From the NCBI GenBank assembly GCA_963788655.1, contig CAWBHS010000095.1, positions 1 to 31,043 on the forward strand: a stretch of DNA of 31,043 nucleotides, written 5' to 3'. The first letter of the stretch is position 1, and the number at the start of each line of letters is the position of its first letter. The position numbers and the translations under genes are program-made. The notes below the pieces were generated by a model that worked only from the letters and a program-made list of their open reading frames with translations, was not told the DNA's origin and did no database searches. Below are positions 19,201-27,127 of the stretch, piece by piece. Source of the stretch: an uncultured Verrucomicrobiae bacterium (GTDB lineage Bacteria > Verrucomicrobiota > Verrucomicrobiia > Limisphaerales > JAFGQR01).

Positions 19201-19831
19201 GCGTTTCCGTTTGGACGCGGAGGAAATCCGCGACACGGCCCTGGCGGTCAGCGGACTGCTCGTGGAACAGCTCGGTGGCCAAAGCGTCAAGCCCTACGAA
19301 CCGCCGGGATTGTGGGAAGCGGTTTCGTTCAATAACTCGCAAAAATATGTGCCCGACCTGGGCGCCGCCCAATACCGGCGGAGCATGTACACCTTTTGGA
19401 AACGGCAAAGTCCGCCGCCGAACATGTTGCTGTTCGATGCGCCGACGCGGGAATACTGCGTGGTGCGCCGCCCGCGCACGAACACGCCGTTGCAGGCGCT
19501 GGCGACGTTGAACGACCCGCAATTTGTCGAAGCGTCTCGCGCGTTTGCCCAGCGGATTCTCCGCGAAGGCGGCGACACGGCCGAGAGCCGCCTGCGTTAC
19601 GCCTTTCGTCTGGCCACCGCGCGTTGGCCGCGGACGGCCGAAGTCCGTATCCTGGCCGACACCCTACGCGAACACCTGACGGAGTATCGTCAAGATCAGG
19701 CGGCAGCGAAACAATTGCTCAGCGTCGGCCAGTTCCAATGCGCGCCGGATCTCGACTCCGGCGAACTGGCGGCCTGGACGACCATCGCCAGCATGCTTTT
19801 GAATCTCGATGAAACCGTGACCAAAGGATGA
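16256..19831 (+). CDS. Planctomycete-type cytochrome c + DUF1549 (PSCyt2) + DUF1553 (PSD1) protein with inserted carbohydrate-binding-like modules
   Basis: Signal peptide; CFACH and CARCH heme motifs; LIRRVTFDLTGLPPT, WLDAARYADSHG, HPLTARVTVNRFWQQFFG, PSHPELLDWLA, SATYRQSS, TNTPLQAL and LLNLDETVTKG. Confidence 0.92.
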   Translation: MAKVTRELALPLLFWALVVPVLAQAADLKAPTVEFDRDIRQILSENCFACHGPDPKARKAKLRLDIHDGLLRPDKPDDAVVIPGDPAKSKLVYRITTTDPDDHMPPPESGKKLKPQQIDLLTQWIAQGAPWQKHWAYVAPQRPPLPEINHKDWPRNEIDPFVLARLEKEKLRPAPEATRSTLIRRVTFDLTGLPPTPQAVDAYLADNSSDAYEKVVDRLLASPRYGEQMARYWLDAARYADSHGFHIDSVRSIWKYREWVIQAFNENKPFDQFSIEQLAGDLLPNPTTEQKIASGYVRCNMSTSEGGAIVDEYQAKYTFDRTETMATTWMGMTLTCARCHSHKFDPITHREYYRLFAFFNSLDESVMDGNRPDPAPSIRLPSAEQSARLDWLKQHLADAQAQLEAPVAELDQAQAAWQEKWQRELSGSWRALPPHYVQSNAKDGAQLRALEDQSILAFGSNPEQDVYEFRTFLDAGPLAGLRLETLPHDSMPQKAAGRADDGRFRLSEIEAVLIAPGADGKPGKPQKLQFKHAAADTFENKFEAANAIDGKADTGWGVAAGEVNVPHAAVFLLGDAVQVPANAELRVHLRFEASKSKRALGHFRLAAAQNEKLVQLINPVRADAWQVIGPFKTEGLDAGYAKEYPPEQEIDFQKSYPGVREEIRWHGEKDYVDGKNHLLVDQLHGVHGAYYLHRKLKLPEARQLQLTLRADTLFKLWVNGKLAGERAAPEQSGEGPLTVTVKLNAGDNEVLVKVVNHQGACYFSFASEVDDPDSIPPTIAALLATGRPLSAAQLAPVRDYFRRQNSPEFRKLFTQVGHWREEEADIEKAIPTTMIAKELAKPRETHLLMRGEYDKPGEVVTPGVPAILPPFPADAPTNRLGLAKWLLNPKHPLTARVTVNRFWQQFFGVGIVKTAEDFGVQGEPPSHPELLDWLATEFVRTAWDVKKLQRLIVTSATYRQSSKAALELHERDPENRLLARGPRFRLDAEEIRDTALAVSGLLVEQLGGQSVKPYEPPGLWEAVSFNNSQKYVPDLGAAQYRRSMYTFWKRQSPPPNMLLFDAPTREYCVVRRPRTNTPLQALATLNDPQFVEASRAFAQRILREGGDTAESRLRYAFRLATARWPRTAEVRILADTLREHLTEYRQDQAAAKQLLSVGQFQCAPDLDSGELAAWTTIASMLLNLDETVTKG

Positions 19832-19841
19832 TCTTCCGCCT

Positions 19842-21292
19842 ATGAACCCATTGCGCGAACACCAACTTCTCATCACTCGCCGGCATTTTTTCAGTCGCAC
19901 CGCCATTGGCCTCGGCACCGCGGCGCTCGGGTCGCTGCTGAATCCGGGCTTGCTTTCCGCTTTGGCCGATGAACGGGTCAAGTATCCCTTGGCCAAGCCG
20001 CATTTCCCGGCCAAGGCCAAACGGGTGATCTACCTGTTCATGGCCGGCGGTCCGTCGCAGATCGACTTGTTCGACTACAAACCCTCGCTGGAGAATTACC
20101 ACAAGTCCGAATTGCCATCGTCCGTGCGCGGGGGGCAACGCATCACCACCATGACCAGCGGCCAGAAGTCGTTCCCGTGCGTGAAGTCCATCTTCAAGTT
20201 CGCGCAACACGGTCAAAACGGAGTGTGGTTGAGCGAACTCATCCCGCACATCGCCTCGATCGTGGACGACATCTGCATCATCAAGACCGTCAACACCGAG
20301 GCCATCAATCACGATCCAGCGATCACCTACATTCAAACGGGCTTTCAACAACCGGGCCGGCCGTGCGTGGGTTCGTGGCTCAGTTATGGTCTGGGCAGTG
20401 CGAACGAAAATTTGCCCGCGTTCATCGTGATGATTTCCAACGGCAAGGAAAGCGACCAACCGCTCTTTGCGCGGCTGTGGAGTTCGGGCTTCCTACCGAG
20501 CGAACATCAAGGGGTGCAGTTCCGCGGCGTTGGCGATCCGGTGCTCTATCTCTCCAATCCGCCGGGCATGAGTTCCCAGGTCCGCCGCCGTATGCTCGAT
20601 GGCATCGGGCAACTGAACGCCATGCAATACGACGCCTACACCGACCCGGAAATCAACACGCGCATCGCCCAGTACAAATGTCCTTCCGCATGCAAACCAG
20701 CGTGCCGGATCTGGTGGACATTTCGAAGGAGCCCGAGAGCGTGCTCAATCTGTACGGACCCGACGTGAAGCGGCCTGGATCGTTCGCTTACAATTGCCTG
20801 ATGGCCCGCCGCATGGCCGAACGCGACGTGCGCTTCATCCAACTCTATCACCGCGGCTGGGATCAGCACGGCAACCTGCCGCGCCGCATTGGTGAGCAGT
20901 GCCAGGATTGCGATCAACCCAGCGCCGCGCTGGTCAAGGACCTCAAACAGCGCGGCCTGCTCGACGACACGTTGGTCGTGTGGGGCGGCGAGTTCGGTCG
21001 CACCGTTTATTGCCAGGGCGCCATTTCGGCGGACAATTACGGGCGCGACCATCATGGTCGCAATTTCTGCATCTGGATGGCCGGCGGTGGCATCAAGCCC
21101 GGTGTGGTTTATGGCGAAACCGACGATTACTGCTACAACATCGTGAAGGATCCGGTCCACATTCACAATCAGAACGCCACCATCCTCCACTGCCTGGGCA
21201 TCGATCACAAACGGCTGACCTACCGCTTCCAAGGGCGTGACTTCCGGTTGACCGATGTCCATGGCAAGGTGGTGAAGGACATCTTGGCTTGA
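19842..21292 (+). CDS. DUF1501 (sulfatase-like) protein with a Tat signal; one frameshift at ~20676
   Basis: [38 protein letters not shown]. After the shift (QY[E]MSFRMQ): [18 protein letters not shown] and RLTDVHG. Confidence 0.9.
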
Positions 21293-21296
21293 GCGA

Positions 21297-21557
21297 GATG
21301 TTGGCCACCGCTGCTTCCTCGATACCGTGGCCCGCGAACGCGATGAGGCCGATGCGCTACGGGCCGAGCGCTTGATGCCAGAAGGATTGCGCTCGGCAGG
21401 TTGAAGCGAGGCGGCGCTGGCGGCCCGCCCGAAAGCGGACCCCAAGAAAATCGAGATGGCGTGGCAGTTGCGCCGGCACAGCCCCCAAGTCCAAGCCCGC
21501 GTCAATATCAATTGGCTCCACCTCTGAAGCAAGAAGTGCCTCAACCGCTCCCCTTAA
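21297..21557 (+). pseudogene. Decayed fragment resembling the C-terminal region of a REP-associated tyrosine transposase (Y1/RAYT)
   Basis: One frame reads DVGHRCFLDTVARERDEADALRAERLMPEGLRSAG*SEAALAARPKADPKKIEMAWQLRRH...WLHL*SKKCLN, with TGA at 21402 where Trp would fit. The resemblance is from my recall of the family. Confidence 0.5.
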
Positions 21558-21693
21558 GCCTCGGCACCTGCGCATCGAAAACCTACGTGTCATCGGGGGT
21601 GTTTCGTGGTGAAACCTTTAACCAAGAAAAAGGGGTCTCGGATATTGTAGAATCCTGGTTGCCGCATCCGGCTCTCTTGGGTAAGCGGTCAGC

Positions 21694-21750
21694 ATGGGCC
21701 GCAAGCTGAGAGTCCAATATCCCGGTGCGATGGCGCGACAAGCCTCGTGA
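21694..21750 (+). pseudogene. Truncated 5' end of a REP-associated tyrosine transposase
   Basis: MGRKLRVQYPGAM matches the MARxLRxxYPGAxYH N-terminus of RAYT/Y1 transposases, then diverges and stops. Confidence 0.55.
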
Positions 21751-21792
21751 ATTGTGGCGGTCGCCGTGAACCAAGGAGTTTGATATTGCCGC

Positions 21793-22617
21793 TCAATACT
21801 TCTCCGGCACGAAGGTCTGGTCGGTGATCGGCGGGCGGACGTAGCCGCCTTTGTGAAGGGGTGGCAGTTTGATCGGTTTGGGCGTCAGGTCTTTATAGGG
21901 GATCATGCTCAGCAAGTGCTGAATGCAGTTGAGCCGCGCTCGGCGTTTGTCATCCGCGTTGACGACTTACCAGGGCGACTGCTTCAAGTCGGTATGGGCG
22001 AACATCTCGTCCTTGGCCCGCGAGTATTCCACCCAACGGTGGCGCGATTCCAGGTCCATGGGGCTGAGTTTCCAGCGTTTCGTCGGATCATGGATGCGTT
22101 GCTGGAACCGTCGCTCCTGCTCGGCGTCGCTCACCGAGAACCAATACTTGAGGAGGATAATGCCCGAACGGATCAGCATGCGCTCGAATTCCGGGCAGGA
22201 GTGGAAGAACTCGTCCACTTCCGGCTTGGTGCAGAAGCCCATGATCCGCTCGACGCCGGCGCGGTTGTACCAACTCCGGTCAAAGAGCACCATCTCCCCC
22301 GCGGCCGGCAAATGCGCCACGTAACGTTGGAAATACCATTGGGACTTCTCGCGGTCGGTGGGCGCCACCAGGGCGGCAACCCGGCACACGCGGGGATTGA
22401 GCGGTTCGGTGATCCGTTTGATGACCCCGCCCTTGCCGGCGGCATCGCGTCCCTCGAACAGGACCACGACTTTGAGCCCCTTATATTTGATCCATTCCTG
22501 AAGTTTGACCAGTTCCACGTGCAGCCGTCCCAGTTCCTTTTCGTAAGCCTTTTTCTTTAGCCGGGGTTCGGGCGAGCCACGCTTCTCCCTGGGTGATTGG
22601 GTATGTTTCTTGGTCAT
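21793..22617 (-). CDS. ppk2: Polyphosphate kinase 2 with an in-frame TAA at 21967-21969
   Basis: FEGRDAAGKGG, WYFQRY, FDRSWYNRAGVE and KRWKLSPMD. The same frame continues past the stop: SPW*VVNADDKRRARLNCIQHLL...QTFVPEKY*. Confidence 0.9.
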
Positions 22618-22812
22618 GGTTGCCTCGGGTTGCGCGCTTTATCAGGGGCTAAGTGTCCGGCGGAAAGAACCTCGGGATAGCGAGGCCAACGGCCACCGGT
22701 TCCTGGTGCAGTTCATCGACCGATTGTAGCGAATAGCCGGAGCAGTTCAACTCACAAAATAATGCCGTGGGCCGTCACCTTTCACCGAAATCGGTCCTGC
22801 GCTCGACAAGAA

Positions 22813-22837
22813 TGAGCCTCCTCACGTCGGCTGCTAC
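22813..22837 (-). repeat. Single arm of REP-like family A
   Basis: tgagcctcctcacgtcggctgctac is 24/25 identical to 5871-5895. Confidence 0.75.
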
Positions 22838-22939
22838 CGTCTTTCAAACAAGCCTCGTGATCGCGACGTCGTTCGCGGCTGCTTCGCAATGGAGCCGCGC
22901 TCTCCATTCTTTTCACGGAGAGCACACGCGCGCACCCAC

Positions 22940-25243
22940 CTATTTCATTGTCATCCTACGCGCCGCGCATTCCAAACGAACGCCATCGCTGAAACGCACT
23001 TCACGGGTGGAAGCGCCCAGGTTCCAGGCCACATGCGTGCGCTGGCCGGCTTGGTTGAAAACCGCCGCAAACGGCGCATCGGCAGTCACCGTGCGATCCA
23101 CCTGGCCCAACGACTCGAACGCGGTCAGCCAGGCGTAAGTGTTGGCCATCGAGTTGCCGGCTTCGGGTTTATAATTCGCCGGGCGTTTGCGGAACTGCCC
23201 CACGGCATCATCGGGATCGCTGAGCGCCCGATACATCCAGATGAGGTCGGCCCACTGATCCCAATGCGTGCCGTCGGTGGGGGCGGAAGCATTTTTCCGC
23301 GCGGCCTTTTTGGCGTCGTCGGCAAGGTTCTCGCGCACCAACGCTTCGTAGTTCTTGCGCACGTATTCCGGCCAGCGTCCGAGATACAACGAGCCGCCGG
23401 TGATGGGCAGCCAGTTGATGCCATGCACCGCTTCGGGGTTGCCACTGAACCAGGTGCCGTTCGCGCCTTTGCCGCCCCAAACCATCGTCACTACCGAAGG
23501 CGGATAAGTGGAGGGGAAAAGGTCGCCACGCACGTTGAACCAATAGTCTTCAATGGCGGAGATTTCGGTGGTGTAAAGCCAGGCGCCCAGGTCGCGCAGC
23601 TCGCGGTCGCCGATGGCTTCGCCCAGCAGCATCACTCCATACCAGGCGTTGGCGGCTTCGCTGGATGACTCGTTGTTGTTGCCATCGCCGAATTTCGCGT
23701 TGCCGCTGGCCCACGAATGCCCTGCATACGGATCGATGCCCCGGAGAAACGGAAACAGTGGATCATCGTGATTCGGACTGGCGATGTCGCGAATCAACAA
23801 CCGCAACACCCCGCCCCAGCGATCTTCATCGGCCCAATCGGGATCACGGCGCGCCAGTTCACCGGCCGCGCGAATGAAATAGCCGTAATGGAAATGGTGG
23901 TCGTTCAAATCCGTATCCGATCCGAAGCTGGCGGGATAACCAATGAGCGTGCCCCAGTTCCTGTCGTAGGCGAACACTCCCTCGCTTCGCCGCTTGGGCT
24001 GACCGGCAGCGTTGGTGGCGGTGAAAAAGTTCTCGAGCGCGCCGCGCAAGCGATCGGTGCATTCGTGAACGGCCGCGTCGTCGCCCGTCTGTTCAGCGAG
24101 CGGCAATAAGGTGGCCCACTTACCCATGGCCTTGCCCAACCAATATGTGTCGCCCACGAGCCGCGGCTTGCCGCCCAGGTCGGCACTGATGAATTCGCGC
24201 AATTGCGCGCGGTCACAGTCCGCCGTGAGCGGCAGCGACGGCAACGCAGCGGGCAGGTTCATCTCGAACGTGAATTTGGTGCCGGCCGCCAGCTTCATCG
24301 GCCCGCGAACGCTGGAATACTCCTGGCCGGTGAGCGGTGTGTTGATGTGCCGCCACTGATGCGGGTAGAGCGCGCAAAGCGTGCCTTTCTCGGTGCCTTC
24401 ATACGGCTTGGTTGTGAAGGTGAAGGTCGTTCGCACCTTGGCTGTCGTTTCATCGTAACTCCAGGTCACGCGCGTATCCGTGACGTGGGCATAAGCATGT
24501 TGGCGGAACAAGGCCAGCGTTTCCGCTTTCTCATCGGGCAGCACGGCCACCGCAAAATAGTTCTTCCCTTGAGTCTGCGCGGACAGACGAGAAGTGCCCA
24601 TGCCGCTCCAAGTCGATCCACTCGGGGCAAACAAACCATAACTCCTTTTGCCGACGCGCACGCCCAGGACGCCGGACGTTTCGGTTCCGGCGAACACTTC
24701 CGGCGCTTTCTTGCCGAAGATGAGCACCGGTTCGCCTCCGGCAAACGTGGCATACACAAACGGCGATCCATGCCCGAAGGTTGCTCGCAGGCCCCGGTCA
24801 GAATCGCCAAATTGCGCCGTGACGAACCAGTCGCTGAAGCCGGCCACGCGGGCTTCGGTGAACCGGTCAATCGCCGAATGGCCGAGGACAAAGTCATCGT
24901 CGCCGCCGCCCATAAACCCGAAGATCGCGGAGCGGTTTGCGGTGATGCCCGGTCCCGGATAATACACGCGCAAACCGCCTGCCACCGCGCGCACGGCCAG
25001 CGGGTGCGGATACATGCGCTCTGACAATGGCATCCACGCCAGCGAACTCCACCAATCGCAGGTGGGCATCGGGCCGCGAAGCTCTGCCGTGCGATAGATC
25101 GTCGCTGGCGGGCCTTTGGCGCTTTCGGGAAGACCGTCGAGATAACTGCCGGCGCCCACGCGCACAACCTCGGCGGCGAGTAGAGGCTGGGTTGCAGCGA
25201 GGAGGACAAACGCCAGAAAGCTGGGAAGTGATTTTGTGTTCAT
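22940..25243 (-). CDS. Secreted glycoside hydrolase family 81 endo-1,3-beta-glucanase
   Basis: Signal peptide MNTKSLPSFLAFVLLAATQPLLA; PTCDWWSSL, DTYWLGK, LNDHHFHYGYF, DPYAGHSWASG, NNESSSEA (catalytic ExxSE) and HGINWLP. Confidence 0.9.
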   Translation of the reverse strand: MNTKSLPSFLAFVLLAATQPLLAAEVVRVGAGSYLDGLPESAKGPPATIYRTAELRGPMPTCDWWSSLAWMPLSERMYPHPLAVRAVAGGLRVYYPGPGITANRSAIFGFMGGGDDDFVLGHSAIDRFTEARVAGFSDWFVTAQFGDSDRGLRATFGHGSPFVYATFAGGEPVLIFGKKAPEVFAGTETSGVLGVRVGKRSYGLFAPSGSTWSGMGTSRLSAQTQGKNYFAVAVLPDEKAETLALFRQHAYAHVTDTRVTWSYDETTAKVRTTFTFTTKPYEGTEKGTLCALYPHQWRHINTPLTGQEYSSVRGPMKLAAGTKFTFEMNLPAALPSLPLTADCDRAQLREFISADLGGKPRLVGDTYWLGKAMGKWATLLPLAEQTGDDAAVHECTDRLRGALENFFTATNAAGQPKRRSEGVFAYDRNWGTLIGYPASFGSDTDLNDHHFHYGYFIRAAGELARRDPDWADEDRWGGVLRLLIRDIASPNHDDPLFPFLRGIDPYAGHSWASGNAKFGDGNNNESSSEAANAWYGVMLLGEAIGDRELRDLGAWLYTTEISAIEDYWFNVRGDLFPSTYPPSVVTMVWGGKGANGTWFSGNPEAVHGINWLPITGGSLYLGRWPEYVRKNYEALVRENLADDAKKAARKNASAPTDGTHWDQWADLIWMYRALSDPDDAVGQFRKRPANYKPEAGNSMANTYAWLTAFESLGQVDRTVTADAPFAAVFNQAGQRTHVAWNLGASTREVRFSDGVRLECAARRMTMK

Positions 25244-25290
25244 GAGAAGCGAGAAATGAGATGCAACGGAATTTTGGACCATTTTCTCTC

Positions 25291-26145
25291 TTAATTTTTG
25301 CTTAATCTTTGGTGTTCAAATTGGTTGGGAGTTCGGTAGCCCAGCGCCGAGTGTTTGCGTTGATTATTGTAGTAGGCTTCGATGTATTCGAAGAGTTCGG
25401 TTTGCGCGTCTTGCGCGGTCTCAAAACAGCCGCCTTGCAGCATTTCTTTCTTGAGCGTTCCGATGAAGGATTCGGTCCAGGCGTTGTCGTAGGGATTGGC
25501 CCGGGCCGACATGCTCTGGCGCAAACCCGCGCGGGCCAGCACGCGGCGAAAGGCGGTGCGGCCATATTGACTGCCCCGATCACTGTGGAAGATGGTTTGG
25601 TCAATTCCCGGACGCGAAGCCAACGCTTGGTGGAGCGCCGCCAGGACCAGTTCGGCGCGCAGGTGATCAGCCAGGCTCCAGCCGACGATGCGACGGGAAT
25701 ACAGATCGATTACGACCGCCAGGTAAAGCCAGCCGGTCTGGGTGGGGATGAAGGTGATGTCGCCAGCCCAAACCTGATTGGGGCGATCGGGCCGCGGTTG
25801 GCCTGTCACGAGGTTGGGCGAAGGCTGATTGGCTTTGCCGTCGCTGGTTTTGGGCACGAAGTTTTTCGGTTGGATGGCCCGTAAACCCCGTTGTTTCATG
25901 AGGCGGCGAACGCGACTGGGAGCGCACACCACTTGCTGATCCCGCAGCTCCTGGCCGATGCGACGATAACCGTAGCGGCGGCGGTGCGCTTTGAAAACGG
26001 CTTCAATCCGATCGCTCAATTGCTGGTCGGCAGCCTGCGTGGCCGTGGCGGTGGCCGCGTGATAAAAGCTGCTGCGCGAACAGCCCAGGGTGTGACAAAC
26101 CTGCCGCACACTACTGCCGGTTTTTTGTCGCAGAGTCAGGATCAT
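25291..26145 (-). CDS. IS3-family transposase OrfB (DDE integrase core)
   Basis: YGYRRI, NQVWAGDITFI, WLYLAVVIDLYSRRIVGW, HSDRGSQY, DNAWTESF and YNNQRKHSALGY. Confidence 0.95.
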   Translation of the reverse strand: MILTLRQKTGSSVRQVCHTLGCSRSSFYHAATATATQAADQQLSDRIEAVFKAHRRRYGYRRIGQELRDQQVVCAPSRVRRLMKQRGLRAIQPKNFVPKTSDGKANQPSPNLVTGQPRPDRPNQVWAGDITFIPTQTGWLYLAVVIDLYSRRIVGWSLADHLRAELVLAALHQALASRPGIDQTIFHSDRGSQYGRTAFRRVLARAGLRQSMSARANPYDNAWTESFIGTLKKEMLQGGCFETAQDAQTELFEYIEAYYNNQRKHSALGYRTPNQFEHQRLSKN

Positions 26146-26459
26146 TGCGCGTCGTTGAGTTGGGGTTTGGTTCCGAGAATAACGGCAGCCTTTTTTAAAA
26201 TGTCATTCTCAATTCTGAGCTGGGCGATCTCCCGGCGGAGGCGGCGCCGCTCGTCCGCTGCGGGCTCCTCGCCTGCGGCTCGGAGCCCTGCGCTCCCGAG
26301 CGGCGCCGCCGGGGACGCTTGCCGGACCCAGCGGTAAAGGAGGTTGGCGCCAAAGCCAAAATCTTTGGCAACTTCCGGCACGGGTTTCCCCAAACTTACC
26401 AGTTCGACAGCTTGCGCCTTAAACTCTGGACTATATCTTTTTCGAGGCATTTCACTCAT
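26142..26459 (-). CDS. IS3-family transposase OrfA (HTH + leucine zipper)
   Basis: RKRYSPEFKAQAVEL...LYRWV...LRIENDILKKA; TAAGGA RBS upstream. Confidence 0.92.
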   Translation of the reverse strand: MSEMPRKRYSPEFKAQAVELVSLGKPVPEVAKDFGFGANLLYRWVRQASPAAPLGSAGLRAAGEEPAADERRRLRREIAQLRIENDILKKAAVILGTKPQLNDAQ

Positions 26460-26550
26460 GATGTTCCTTATTCTCTTATGGAGTGGTCCAGGAATTTCGC
26501 ACACTTCATTCCTTCTGTTCAATTCAATCGAACCTGAACGGAGCCGTTGA

Positions 26551-26885
26551 AACCACGGATGGCGCGGATGGCACGGATCGAGAATAACTTGGCTGAAAAC
26601 CAGGACTGATCCTTTTGGCGGACCTGTTTGCGGCACGTCGAGATTCGAAGATTTTTGCCGCGACAGAACGCAGAGATCACAAAGAAAAAAAGATATATCT
26701 TTGCGTTTTCTGCGTTCTTTTGTGGCTATTAACTTTGGCTGCAGCGAACGGCCGCGCTGAGTTCTTTTGCGGTTATCATCTTCGATGGCGGCGTCAGCCG
26801 TGCTCGGTTCATTCCGTGTTCATCCGCGTCCATCCGTGGTTGAACCTTTGGTTGCAGTTTCGTCGCGCTGGGTCCCTTCGTGGTT
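26551..26885. repeat. Cluster of nested imperfect inverted repeats
   Basis: Outer pair 26551-26577 / 26813-26841 (aaccacggatgg...cacgga). Inner pair 26657-26685 / 26698-26726 (gccgcgacagaacgcagagatcacaaaga). Two ttggYtgcag...cgcgctg modules. Confidence 0.7.
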
Positions 26886-27127
26886 TAGCGAAATCACAAC
26901 CACGGCTCGGATTCTGGTTGTCAGTTTTTAGGCCCACTACTCGTTGCCATAAATCAATTTTACGCAAAACCGCCTTGCAATTAACTTGGCAATTTGTGAG
27001 AGAATTCCCTGAATCACCGGGGCATTGTGAAAATAACAATGAAATTGAAGGAGCGCCGCGTCGCCAGACGACATGTTCGGCCCAAGGACTACAACCTGCT
27101 GACCACAACCAAGCCCACCACTTCACT

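Larger units (their letters stand above)
25257..26508 (-). mobile_element. IS3-family insertion sequence, copy 1 (1252 bp)
   Basis: TG...CA ends; imperfect terminal inverted repeats tgaagtgtgcgaaattcctggacca and tgagatgcaacggaattttggacca (14/25); orfA/orfB organisation. Inner end fixed by identity with copy 2. Confidence 0.93.

Noticed and set aside
21967..21969. TAA reassignment or an alternative genetic code
   Set aside because: TAA terminates dgt, the oxidoreductase and IS orfB normally. A single case fits a mutation or base-call error.
25257..25270. Outward-facing TTGCAT in the IS end forming a hybrid promoter for GH81
   Set aside because: The hexamer 17 bp downstream is ATGAAC, the start codon itself, and is not a credible -10 element.
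26615..27127. N-terminal 171 aa of ORF 26615..27436
   Set aside because: It reads through the palindrome cluster and likely promoter region. The protein-like sequence starts at ATG 27128 or 27164.
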